The notes beneath the pieces were generated by a model that was not told where the DNA came from, did no database searches, and saw only the letters and a list, made by a program, of their open reading frames with translations. Shown in pieces: positions 7,970 to 16,956 of a DNA stretch of 64,000 nt. The stretch's first letter is position 1. Every line of letters begins with the position of its first letter. The position numbers and the translations under genes were made by a program. The stretch lies in contig DASCPX010000179.1 in assembly GCA_036012755.1 (NCBI GenBank), positions 96,001 to 160,000 of the forward strand. The letters are read 5' to 3'. Source of the stretch: Myxococcota bacterium (GTDB taxonomy: Bacteria > Myxococcota_A > UBA796 > CAJQPC01).

Positions 7970-9496
7970 ATGGCCTCGCCCCTCGACAGACCTCCGCAGG
8001 GGCAGACCCTGGCGCTCGTGTCCCTCTACGACATCGAGAACAACGCCGTGCGTCAGCTCGCCGCCGCGGTGCGCGAGCAGGGTCGACGGGTCGTGGAGGT
8101 CTACTTCAAGGACTGGAAGAACAACCACCTCGAGGAGCCGACCGAGTACGAGCTCCAACAGCTCGCCGAGCTCCTCGAGCGCGAGGGTGTCGGTCTCATC
8201 GGCATCTCCCTGCGCGCCAGCGCTTATGAGCGCATCGCCGGCATGGTCACCACCCGCCTGCGCCGACTCGGGCGCCCGATCGTCCTCGGCGGCTGGCACG
8301 TCACGGTGCGGCCCGAGCGCTGCGACGGCATGGCCGCGGCGCTCTGCCTCGGCGAGGCGGACGTGGCCTTTCCCCGCTTCGTCGAGGCGTGGTTCACGGG
8401 AGGGGACTGGCGCGGCTGCCCCAGCATGCGCTTCGGAGGCACGCAGAACCCGCTGGAGCCCCTGGTCGAGGACCTCGACTCCCTGCCCTGGCGGGACTAC
8501 GCGAGCGAGGACAAGTGGGTGCTGTCGAGGGGCTCCGTCGCCCGCGGAGACCCGATGGCCGCCGACCCGCTCTACCAGGTGATGTGCAGCCACGGCTGCA
8601 TCCAGAAGTGCTCCTTCTGCCACAACTCCTTCGACACCGGAGCCGAGGGGCCGCGGCTGCGCTTCCGCAGCGTCGACAGCGTCCTGGCCGAGCTCGCCGA
8701 GCGTCGGCGCCTCAACCCGAGCATCCGCCGCGTGCGCTTCGACGACGAGGTCTTTGGCCTGTCCAGGAGCTGGCTGCGCGAGTTCGCCGAGCGCTATCCG
8801 GAGGAGGTCGGACTGCCCTTCGACATCCTCACCGAGCCCACGGTGGTCAACGAGGAGTACGTGGAGCTCATCACGGCCGCCGGCGCCCGGGTGGTCCACA
8901 TGGGCATCCAGTCCAACGAGCCCGTCAACCGGGAGCGGCTCGGACGCCGCGCCGACCGGGAGACGACGATGCGAGCGGTGCAGCTGCTCACCGCGGCGGG
9001 CCTCTACATCCGCTACCTCTGCATGGTGGACGTGCCGGGCACCACGTCCGACGACCAACGGAGCCTCTTCCGCTTCCTGCAAGAGGTGCCCAAGCCCTAC
9101 GACCTCTACCTCTTCAGCCTCACCTGGTTCCCCGGGAGCAAGATGGTCGAGGACATGCTGGAGCGCGGCGAGCTCGACCCGAGCCAGGTCGAGGGCACGG
9201 CGACCAAGACCTTCTCCCAGTACCGCGTGGACCTTGGCTGGCCTCGCTCTCCAGAGGACACCTGGTGGCTCGCCCTGATGGTCCTCCAGGCCAGCCAGAC
9301 CATGCCGAACGGCGTGCTGCGACGGATCATGGAGAGCGACTTCAGCAAGGAGTCCCCTCGCCACCTGGTGCTGGCTGCCCACGCGGCGACCCTGGTGAAG
9401 ACGGCCCGCATCGCCAACCGCATGAGGCGCGACGGGGAGCTCACCGCGACCCTGGTGAGACGGTGGTGGAACCCCCAGCAGATGATCACGATGTAG
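7970..9496 (+). CDS. B12-binding domain radical SAM protein (paralog 1)
   Basis: N-terminal cobalamin-binding fold (GISL...VLGGWHVT...GEAD); SHGCIQKCSFCHN CxxxCxxC; RFDDEVF. Confidence 0.9.
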   Translation: MASPLDRPPQGQTLALVSLYDIENNAVRQLAAAVREQGRRVVEVYFKDWKNNHLEEPTEYELQQLAELLEREGVGLIGISLRASAYERIAGMVTTRLRRLGRPIVLGGWHVTVRPERCDGMAAALCLGEADVAFPRFVEAWFTGGDWRGCPSMRFGGTQNPLEPLVEDLDSLPWRDYASEDKWVLSRGSVARGDPMAADPLYQVMCSHGCIQKCSFCHNSFDTGAEGPRLRFRSVDSVLAELAERRRLNPSIRRVRFDDEVFGLSRSWLREFAERYPEEVGLPFDILTEPTVVNEEYVELITAAGARVVHMGIQSNEPVNRERLGRRADRETTMRAVQLLTAAGLYIRYLCMVDVPGTTSDDQRSLFRFLQEVPKPYDLYLFSLTWFPGSKMVEDMLERGELDPSQVEGTATKTFSQYRVDLGWPRSPEDTWWLALMVLQASQTMPNGVLRRIMESDFSKESPRHLVLAAHAATLVKTARIANRMRRDGELTATLVRRWWNPQQMITM

Positions 9497-9542
9497 CCGG
9501 ACACCGGAGGTCACACCCTCGGCCAGGTCGTAGGAAGAGCCG

Positions 9543-10337
9543 ATGTTCCTGTTGATGCCCCTGGCGTGCACACCAACAGATGAGCCGAGACCGTCGGTGG
9601 TGCCCGAGGCGGAGGCGACCACGGTCTGCTACTCGCTAGAGAAGAATGAGGACGACGCGACCACAGAGTTGTGGCGGATCGACCTCGCCACGGCCGAGCA
9701 CGACGTCCTCTCCACCTTCGAACCGGGATTCGAACCATGGGGGTCGCACGGTCTCCAGCGCGTGGGAGACCGGTTCATGGGCTTCGATTACTACTCCGAC
9801 CTCCACATCTTCGACCTGTCGTCGGGAATCCAGGAGACCGACGAGCGGGATCTGGACTACAGCGTGATGGTCAGCCACGCTGGCGAGGATCTTCGCGTTG
9901 TCCGCACAGAGGGGATCGACCAACGGCTCTGCTCCTACGCTGGCCCCGAAGACCTGTTGGCTGGCACGGACCAGGGCTGCGTGGTCCTGGAACTGCTCTT
10001 TGGCACCCGCTTCACGTTGCACGAGGGGCTGCTCTACTCGACCTGGCACTCCACCAATGAGTTCACGACCAGCGACGCGGTCACCGGAGAGAACCTGGGG
10101 ACGACCGACCTCGAGAACTGGGACACCTGGGTCTGGGGGCTGAGCGTCGCCGACGGGAAGCTCCACGTGGTAGACGACGGCCGCAACTCGGGGGAGTACA
10201 ACATCCTCATCGGCCTGTTCGACCTGGAGGGCGGGCGAATCGACACCGTCGGCGTCCGGAACGCACACTGGGGGTCTGAGCATCTCGGCGGCTTGTGGTG
10301 CCGCGAAGAAGACCCTCAGCTCGACTCCGCACCCTGA
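9543..10337 (+). CDS. Hypothetical lipoprotein, probable beta-propeller
   Basis: MFLLMPLAC lipobox; acidic, beta-strand-rich sequence. Confidence 0.7.
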   Translation: MFLLMPLACTPTDEPRPSVVPEAEATTVCYSLEKNEDDATTELWRIDLATAEHDVLSTFEPGFEPWGSHGLQRVGDRFMGFDYYSDLHIFDLSSGIQETDERDLDYSVMVSHAGEDLRVVRTEGIDQRLCSYAGPEDLLAGTDQGCVVLELLFGTRFTLHEGLLYSTWHSTNEFTTSDAVTGENLGTTDLENWDTWVWGLSVADGKLHVVDDGRNSGEYNILIGLFDLEGGRIDTVGVRNAHWGSEHLGGLWCREEDPQLDSAP

Positions 10338-10389
10338 TCAGCGAGCGTCCGCGACGGCCTCTGAGCTCGTCCAGGGCTGACCGCGTCGG

Positions 10390-10581
10390 CTACACCAAGG
10401 CCTTCTTGCTCGCGTAGTCATCGAGCGCCGCACGCAGCGGGCCCTCCGCTGGCCACTGTTCGGGTCCGGCCGCCATCAGCGCGGCCACAGCCTGGTCGAT
10501 CCACTCGGACGAGGCGCTCTCGAGCTGCCTCGCCGCGTTCTTTCGCTCCTGTATGACCTGGCCCGGGCCGCCCGCGGGCAT
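10390..10581 (-). pseudogene. Possible 3' fragment of an unrelated helical protein
   Basis: Protein-like frame (…GLATKLGLEAMPAGG…ALDDYASKKALV*) that continues upstream to about 10635, where the neighbouring lipoprotein ORF loses coding character. Confidence 0.3.
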
Positions 10582-10967
10582 GGCCTCCAGACCCAGCTTC
10601 GTGGCGAGCCCCTGGCCCGCCGCATCTCGGGCTTGATGGCGTTGAACCCGGTCTCGCAGAACAGGGCCCAGTCATCCTCGACCTCCAGCACCACGTCGCC
10701 GAGGTGCCAGCGGGAGACCTCGCACTCGGGCTCCGGCCAGTCCACGGCGGCACTGTCGTGGGAGGCACTGTCGTGGGAGGCACTGTCGTGGGAGGCACTG
10801 TCGTGGGAGGCACTGTCGTGGGAGGCACTGTCGTGGGAGGCACTGTCGTACGAGTCGGAGTCGCCACCAGAGTCCCCGATCTCCACGCCGGTGTCGCACT
10901 CCGCGCCGGGGTCGCCGGCGATCTGGCGCGGATCGCCGCAGGCGAGGAGGACGACTGGGATGAGCAT
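10476..10967 (-). pseudogene. Lipoprotein with (DSASH)6 linker, apparently truncated after …FCETGFNAI
   Basis: MLIPVVLLAC lipobox and acidic N-terminal half, then an abrupt switch to Arg/Pro-rich off-frame sequence near 10635. Confidence 0.55.
10749..10849. repeat. 15-bp perfect tandem repeat (6 copies + 11 bp) encoding DSASH on the minus strand
   Basis: Unit GGCACTGTCGTGGGA from 10749. Confidence 0.97.
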
Positions 10968-10973
10968 GGACTC

Positions 10974-10979
10974 ACGCTA
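10974..10979 (-). promoter_or_regulatory. -10-like TAnnnT hexamer (leaderless start)
   Basis: TAGCGT-N6-ATG(10967). Confidence 0.5.
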
Positions 10980-10999
10980 CGGTCGACCGACCCGCCAGG

Positions 11000-11326
11000 T
11001 CACCGTCGCGCCGATGTCGTCGTGCGTTCGGACCGCCTGGACCGCCTCGACCGAAGCCCCGCGAACAAGACCAGGACGAGAGCGCCGGAGCTGCCGCAGC
11101 CTCCCTCCGGCACCCCCTCGGCACCACCGTAGAGGAGGTAGGCTGCGCCGGTGAAGTCGCTGTCGCCCACCCTGTCGACGCCTACGAGCACGTCGTCGAA
11201 GCCATCGCGGTCGAAGTCGCCAGCGGTGACGAGGCTGGAGCCGAACTGGTCATGGGCGACACCGTCCGAAGCCAGGATCTGCTCCGCGGTCCGCCACGTC
11301 GTCCCTAGCAGCAATCCGACGAGCAC
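11000..11326 (-). CDS. Small single FG-GAP repeat protein with MYXO-CTERM-like tail (possibly internally deleted)
   Basis: GTG start MLVGLLLG; FGSSLVTAGDFDRDGFDDVLVG…GAAYLLYG; GGCGSSGALVLVLFAGLRSRRSRR tail. Confidence 0.55.
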   Translation of the reverse strand: MLVGLLLGTTWRTAEQILASDGVAHDQFGSSLVTAGDFDRDGFDDVLVGVDRVGDSDFTGAAYLLYGGAEGVPEGGCGSSGALVLVLFAGLRSRRSRRSERTTTSARR

Positions 11327-11401
11327 GCGCTCTCCCTGTCCCAAGCTACACCGGCCAGGCCGCGACTGTGACGGATCGGCATCTCGAGCATCCCAACGGG
11401 G

Positions 11402-12418
11402 ATGACCCGATCTCGCAAGCTCGTGATGGCCAGCGTGGTGACGGTGCTCTTGCTGGCCGCAGGCGAGGGAGTCGCCCAGCTGGTGGAGCGGATGCTGCCG
11501 CCCCGAACGCTCCCCCTGCCGACACAGAGCTGCGATGGGCAGTGCCTGGAGGGAGCAGCCTCGCTGCCCCCCCGACCCGACCTCGTGCCCCGGGAGGGCG
11601 GCCACGGCTGGCTCTTCGAGCCGAACACGCGGACCATGCAGGGGGTCCTCTGCGACATCAACGGCCTGGGCCTCCGAGGCAAGGACCCGGAGCCCCGAGT
11701 CCCCGGAGAGCTCCGTCTCGTCAGCGTCGGGGACTCCTCGGCCTTCGGCTACGGGGTGGAGGAGGACGAGGTCTTCCTGTCGGTGGCCGCCGCCGCCCTC
11801 GAGTCCCGGCTCGGCCGGCGGGTGACACCCATGAACGCCGCGATCCCGGGCCACGCCGCGAAGCACTCGCTGGCAATCGTCAAGGACCTCGGCGAAGACC
11901 TCGACCCGGACTGGCTGGTCATCACCAACATCTGGTCCGACCTCTACCACCAGACGAACCTGGCGCCGGAGCGCTCGCCATCGGCCGCGTATCGAATGGC
12001 CAAGCGGCTGTTGACCCCCCTCCTCCCACCGCGAACCATCGGCTGGCTGGAGCCCGACCAGGGGCACGGTCAGCCGGGGCTGGGCCGCGAGCCGCGCTCC
12101 GACCTCGTGGACTACCAGCGCAACCTCCACGCGATGGCCGAGCTCGCCGAAGAGCGCGGCGTGCGCTCGCTGTTCTTGCTGCTCCCAGCCCCGATGGACC
12201 TCGAGAGCCAGCCGGTGCCTGGCTGGATCGCGGACTACCGCGCCGTGATGCGGGGGGTGGCCGAGGACGCGGGAGCGCCGCTGGTGGAGGGACCGGAGGC
12301 GTTGAAGGCCGCCGATCTCGGCCCCGAGGGCTTCTTCGACAACGTGCACCCCTCCGGCCCGACGCACCGGGCCCTCGGCGAGGCCCTGGCGGAGATCCTG
12401 GCCGCAGAACTGGACTGA
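11402..12418 (+). CDS. SGNH/GDSL hydrolase family protein with N-terminal membrane anchor
   Basis: VGDSSAFG, NAAIPG and FDNVHP catalytic blocks. Confidence 0.85.
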   Translation: MTRSRKLVMASVVTVLLLAAGEGVAQLVERMLPPRTLPLPTQSCDGQCLEGAASLPPRPDLVPREGGHGWLFEPNTRTMQGVLCDINGLGLRGKDPEPRVPGELRLVSVGDSSAFGYGVEEDEVFLSVAAAALESRLGRRVTPMNAAIPGHAAKHSLAIVKDLGEDLDPDWLVITNIWSDLYHQTNLAPERSPSAAYRMAKRLLTPLLPPRTIGWLEPDQGHGQPGLGREPRSDLVDYQRNLHAMAELAEERGVRSLFLLLPAPMDLESQPVPGWIADYRAVMRGVAEDAGAPLVEGPEALKAADLGPEGFFDNVHPSGPTHRALGEALAEILAAELD

Positions 12419-12449
12419 GCCGCAAGGCCCAACGGGATAGACGGCGCCG

Positions 12450-12716
12450 GTGACCCGGGTGGAACTGAAGCAGAGTCTGAAGGAGATGATCGTCGAGGTC
12501 TGCGATCTCGACATCGAGCCCGGGCAGATCACGGACGACGAGCGGCTCATCAACGGGGAGGGCGAAGTCGACCTCGGGAGCCTCGATGCTGTCGAGATCG
12601 CCGCTGCCATCGACTACGAGTACGGGGTGCGCATCAAGGACCTCTCGGCCGCCAAGTCGGTCTTCCGCTCGGTCGACTCCCTCGCGGAGCACATCGCCAC
12701 GACGAAGGGATGGTGA
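12450..12716 (+). CDS. Acyl carrier protein (DarC-like)
   Basis: 88 aa, acidic; LGSLDAVEI phosphopantetheine Ser motif. Confidence 0.9.
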   Translation: MTRVELKQSLKEMIVEVCDLDIEPGQITDDERLINGEGEVDLGSLDAVEIAAAIDYEYGVRIKDLSAAKSVFRSVDSLAEHIATTKGW

Positions 12717-13825
12717 GGGTCGCGCTCAGCGGCTGGGGCTCCATCTCGGCCCTTGGCTGCTCCAACGACGAGGGGGTGGCCGGACTCCGCGCAGGCCACC
12801 GGGGGCTCGGCTTCGCCCAGCGCTCACCGCACCTCCTCCGGGCCGAGGAGATCCTCGTAGCAGAGGCCCCCTTCGACGTCCCCATCGAGCGACGCGCTCG
12901 GGAGATGGTCGCCGTCGCGGTCGACGAAGCCCTGGCGATGGCCCCGAAGTCCCCAGGGATCGTAGGGGTCTTCGCCGGCACGACCGGGGGTTTCTTCGTG
13001 GACGCGGAGGTGGATCTCCTGTTCGCCCGAGTGGAGGATCCGGAGGCCATCCCCGACTTCGGTCAGCGCGGCCAGGGCGAGCTGGCCACGGTCGTGGCCA
13101 GACAGGCAGGCGCCCTCGGCCCGGTCCTCACCTTCTGCACCGCCTGCACCTCCAGCGCCGCCGCCATGGCCAGCGCTGCTGCCCACCTGCGCGCGGGGAC
13201 CTGCAGCCGAGCGGTGGTGGTCGGCTTCGACCTGCTGTCCAGCCTGACGGTCCAGGGCTTCAAGAGCCTGATGCTCTGCGATCCCGAGCCCTGCCGCCCC
13301 TTCGACACCACCCGGGCCGGGCTGCAGGTCGGCGAAGGCTGCGGGGTCGTGATCCTCGACGCCGAGGGTGAGGGGCCGTTCGTAGTCCGGGGCTCCTCCA
13401 ATCGCATCGACCCCTCCCACCTGACCGCCAGCGCCACGGACGGCTCGACGGTCGAGCGGGTCATCCGAGAGGCCGTGGGCGACGACGAGATCGTCACCAT
13501 CAAGGCCCACGGCACCGGCACGAGGGACAACGATCTCGCAGAGGGCCGGGGGGTCGCGAGGGCCTTCGGCGACCCGCCGCCCTTCGCCTCCTTGAAGGGC
13601 AGCCTCGGCCACACCCTCGGCGCCGCCGGAGCCCTGGAGACGGCGCTCTGGCTGGGCTGCCTGCGAGCGGGCTTCTGCCCGCCTTCCCGGGGGTTTTGCG
13701 AGCTCGACCCGGACATCGGCGTCTCTCCGATCACACAGCAGATCCCTGCCCTATCGGGGGCTCACCTCTTCAACGCCTTCGGCTTCGGCGGCTCCTGCGT
13801 CGCGATGGTGATCGCCGATGCCTAG
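12710..13825 (+). CDS. Beta-ketoacyl-ACP synthase (FabB/F-like KS)
   Basis: TACTSS, KAHGTGT, KGSLGHTLGAAG and FGFGG motifs (Cys-His-His triad). Confidence 0.92.
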   Translation: MVRVALSGWGSISALGCSNDEGVAGLRAGHRGLGFAQRSPHLLRAEEILVAEAPFDVPIERRAREMVAVAVDEALAMAPKSPGIVGVFAGTTGGFFVDAEVDLLFARVEDPEAIPDFGQRGQGELATVVARQAGALGPVLTFCTACTSSAAAMASAAAHLRAGTCSRAVVVGFDLLSSLTVQGFKSLMLCDPEPCRPFDTTRAGLQVGEGCGVVILDAEGEGPFVVRGSSNRIDPSHLTASATDGSTVERVIREAVGDDEIVTIKAHGTGTRDNDLAEGRGVARAFGDPPPFASLKGSLGHTLGAAGALETALWLGCLRAGFCPPSRGFCELDPDIGVSPITQQIPALSGAHLFNAFGFGGSCVAMVIADA

Positions 13826-14573
13826 CGTCGGCATCCACGGGTGGGCCTCGGTCACCACTGCCAAGGGACACAAGGAGCGCTTCGGTCACACCTTCAGGCG
13901 CATCGGCCCCTTCGTGAAGATCGCCCAGCTCGGCGCCACCGACGCGGTCGAGTCGACCCCAGAGGGCCTCGGCGTCTTCCTCGGGACAGGGCTCGGAAAC
14001 ACAGCCGACATCGTGCCCCTGATGACGAGCGTGCTCGATCCGCACCGGCCGCGCTGCTCGCCCATGGCCTTCGCTGGCTGCGTGGGCAACTCGGCGGCCT
14101 TCTTCGTGGCGGCGGTCCTGGGCAGTACCGGACCCAGCGTGACCGTCTCCCAAGAGGAGCTGTCCTTCGAGGCGGCGCTGCTGGAGGCCGTGATCGCGAT
14201 GGACGAGGGGCTGCAATGGGCGCTCGTCGGGGGTGTCGACGTGATGAGCGGCAGCCCGGTAGACCAGCGTCACCGCGTGAACGCAGTCGGGGTCGAGGGA
14301 GAGCTCGGCGAGGGCGCCGCCTTCATCCTGCTCGGACCGCGCGAGGGCGCCACCGCCACAGTCGACCGGGTCGAGCTCGGCACCTTCCCCCTGGACCCGG
14401 CGGACCGGACGCCGCTGTACGGCTGGCGCATGGACCATCCACAGCGCGAGCGCCGCCTGGTCCCCGTCGCGGCGGGACTGCGCATCGTCGAGGCCCTGGA
14501 CCACCCGGGAAGGTACGTGCACCTCAACCGCTCCGCCGGGGGCCTCTCCGCGCGGGTGTGCTTCACGCGATGA
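13818..14573 (+). CDS. Ketosynthase chain-length-factor-like subunit
   Basis: FRR…FLGTGLG…SPMAFAGCVGNSAAF…SFEAALLEA…GGVD…GEGAAF; short and lacks the His-His pair. Confidence 0.8.
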   Translation: MPSVGIHGWASVTTAKGHKERFGHTFRRIGPFVKIAQLGATDAVESTPEGLGVFLGTGLGNTADIVPLMTSVLDPHRPRCSPMAFAGCVGNSAAFFVAAVLGSTGPSVTVSQEELSFEAALLEAVIAMDEGLQWALVGGVDVMSGSPVDQRHRVNAVGVEGELGEGAAFILLGPREGATATVDRVELGTFPLDPADRTPLYGWRMDHPQRERRLVPVAAGLRIVEALDHPGRYVHLNRSAGGLSARVCFTR

Positions 14574-15412
14574 AGCGCGTCCTGGTCCTGTGGTGGTCTC
14601 AGAGCGGACAGCTCGAGGGCTGCATGCGGGCCTTCTGCGAGCCCCTCGAAGCCAGCGGCGTCGAGCTGGTCTACCGCCGAGTCGAGCCAGCCGTCGCCTA
14701 CCCCTTTCCATGGAGCGTGAGCGCCTTCTTCGGCCAGTTCCCCGAGACCTTCCTCGAAGAGGGCGTCGACATCGACTTCGAGCCCCCGGAGGGCGACTTC
14801 GACCTCGTGATCGTGGCCTCGCAGGTGTGGTTCCTCAAGCCCTCTCCGCCCTTCTGTCGCCTGTTGTCCCGACACCCGGCGCTCTTCGCGGGCCGCCGGG
14901 TCCTGACCCTGGTCGCCTGTCGCAACATGTGGATTCGCGGCTGGGGCCGCCTCGCGGAGCGCATCCGTGAAGCCGGCGGCGACATCACCGACCGGGTCGT
15001 CGCGGTGCACTCGGGCTCTGTTCTGGCCAGCTACTTCACGACCCTGGCCTGGATGCTGACGGGCAAGCGTGACGCCCTGAAGCCGCTCGGAAAGGCCGAG
15101 ATCGCAGCGCAGACGGTCGAGAGGGTCAGGGGCCTGGGCGAGCGCTTCGCCAGCGGCGAGCACGTCGACGAGGCGCCCATCTCGCTCACCCACGCCCTCG
15201 GCGAGCAGCTCGTCGGACGCACGTTCTTCCCTCTTCTGGCGGCCATCGGTCATCTCACGCCGCGACAGGGCATCCTCCGAACACTGTTCGCGTGGTTCCA
15301 GATGAGCTTCACGATCTCGGCGGTCCTGACCCTGCTGGGGCCCTGCATGCTGGTCCGCTTGCTGTTCGGGCGGTGGGTCGACCCGTGGCTCCGGGAGCAG
15401 GCACGGTTATGA
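14570..15412 (+). CDS. darA: Dialkylresorcinol biosynthesis protein DarA (aromatase-type)
   Basis: MKRVLVLWWSQSGQL, YPFPW…FFGQFPE, QVWFLKPS and CRNMW motifs; ATGA-coupled start. Confidence 0.88.
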   Translation: MKRVLVLWWSQSGQLEGCMRAFCEPLEASGVELVYRRVEPAVAYPFPWSVSAFFGQFPETFLEEGVDIDFEPPEGDFDLVIVASQVWFLKPSPPFCRLLSRHPALFAGRRVLTLVACRNMWIRGWGRLAERIREAGGDITDRVVAVHSGSVLASYFTTLAWMLTGKRDALKPLGKAEIAAQTVERVRGLGERFASGEHVDEAPISLTHALGEQLVGRTFFPLLAAIGHLTPRQGILRTLFAWFQMSFTISAVLTLLGPCMLVRLLFGRWVDPWLREQARL

Positions 15413-15415
15413 GCG

Positions 15416-16552
15416 GTGGTGCCCGCGTTCATCACGCAGACCGGAAGCTACCTGCCCGGACCGCCCCTCGACAATGACGCCATGGAAGCGCGTCTGGGCT
15501 TCCTGGATGATCGCTCCCCGCGGATCAAGCGTCGGATCCTCAGGAACAACGGCATCCAGACCCGCCACTACGCTCTCGATGAAGAGGGCAGGCCAACGGA
15601 GAGCAGCGCGAGCATGGCCGCCAAGGCCATCCGCGAGGCCACCCGCGACATCGATCTGACCACGATCGACCTGCTCGCCTGCGGCACGAGCATCGTCGAG
15701 CACATCGTGCCCGGCCATGCCTCCAGCGTGCACGGAGAGCTTGGGTCCCATCCCTGCGAGATCGTCACCACTGGCGGTGTCTGCTGCGCGGGAATGACCG
15801 CCCTGAAGTACGCGACGATGGCGGTCGGTGGCGGACACGCCAGGCGAGCCGTCGCCAGCGGCAGCGAACGCACCAGCGCCTTCCTGCGCCAGGCGCACTT
15901 CCAGGCGGAGCTTGCAGCGCGCGGCGTCGACGAGGACGAGCCCTATGTCGGCTTCGACCAGTCCTTCTTGCGCTGGATGCTCTCCGACGGCGCCGGGGCC
16001 ATGCTCGTCGAGAACGAGCCCCGTCCCAACGGGCTCTCTCTGCGCGTCGAGTGGATCGAGCTCACGAGCTACGCCAACGAGCTCCCCACCTGCATGTACA
16101 TGGGCGCGGAGCGCACACCATCCGGTGGCCTCACGAGCATGTGGGACCTCGACTCGATGTCCTCGACGCTGACGAAGGGGCTGTTGAACCTCCACCAGGA
16201 CGTGAAGCTGCTCGGCCAGCACGTGGTGGTCGCCGGCGCCAACGCGCTGTTGCGGGCAGCGGAGAAACACGGCCTCGCCCCCTCCGATGTCGACTACCTG
16301 CTGCCTCACTACAGCTCCGAGTTCTTCCGCGACAAGACCCACGCGCAGCTCGACAGCGTCGGCTTCCCGATCCCCACCTCGAAGTGGCGGAGCAACCTGG
16401 TAGAGCGCGGAAACACAGGCTGCGCGAGCATCTTCGTGATGCTCGACGACTTCCTCCGATCAGGCGAGCTCCAGCCGGGCCAGACCGTGTTGTTGCTGGT
16501 GCCGGAGAGCGGGCGCTTCTCCGCTGCCTGGGCGCTGCTCAGGGCCCAATGA
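15416..16552 (+). CDS. darB: DarB/StlD-type beta-ketoacyl-ACP synthase III
   Basis: GGVCCAG, FLRWMLSDGAGA, SYANELPTCMY, PHYSS.FF, GNTGCASIF and VPESGRF motifs. Confidence 0.9.
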   Translation: MVPAFITQTGSYLPGPPLDNDAMEARLGFLDDRSPRIKRRILRNNGIQTRHYALDEEGRPTESSASMAAKAIREATRDIDLTTIDLLACGTSIVEHIVPGHASSVHGELGSHPCEIVTTGGVCCAGMTALKYATMAVGGGHARRAVASGSERTSAFLRQAHFQAELAARGVDEDEPYVGFDQSFLRWMLSDGAGAMLVENEPRPNGLSLRVEWIELTSYANELPTCMYMGAERTPSGGLTSMWDLDSMSSTLTKGLLNLHQDVKLLGQHVVVAGANALLRAAEKHGLAPSDVDYLLPHYSSEFFRDKTHAQLDSVGFPIPTSKWRSNLVERGNTGCASIFVMLDDFLRSGELQPGQTVLLLVPESGRFSAAWALLRAQ

Positions 16553-16956
16553 AGTCCGACGACGTGCCCCAGGACCCGGGCGCCTGCTACGAGGGGCAGC
16601 TCCGCCGGCTGACCTACGCCGTCGGCGAGGACGGCACCTACAAGGGAGTCCCGAGCATCGGATGGGAGGCCGAGATCGCTGCGACACAGGTGGCGACCGA
16701 GCGGGCCAACGCGCGCATCCAGAAGGCCTGGGAGGCGGCGCGCGAGGGCCGGACCTCCACTCTCGGCTACCACATGGTGGCGGCCCAGATGGACCTGATG
16801 CTCCTGTCCAACGAGACGGGGCTGTGGCGCTGGCGCATCAAGCGTCACCTTCGCAGCCTGCCCGCCTCGATCGACCTGCACTCCCGCTACGCAGACGCGC
16901 TGGGCTTGAGCGTCGAGGCTCTTGGGGGCCTACCCGAGACCCCAGAGCTGCTTTGA
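16549..16956 (+). CDS. Conserved hypothetical protein of DAR/flexirubin-type clusters
   Basis: MKSDDVPQD…YAV…G.Y…S.GWE…S.L.YHM…MD…WRIKRHL pattern; ATGA-coupled to darB. Confidence 0.8.
   Translation: MKSDDVPQDPGACYEGQLRRLTYAVGEDGTYKGVPSIGWEAEIAATQVATERANARIQKAWEAAREGRTSTLGYHMVAAQMDLMLLSNETGLWRWRIKRHLRSLPASIDLHSRYADALGLSVEALGGLPETPELL

Noticed and set aside
12450..14573. Complete aryl polyene or ladderane cluster
   Set aside because: No ketoreductase, dehydratase or acyl-loading ligase in the window; darAB define the locus better
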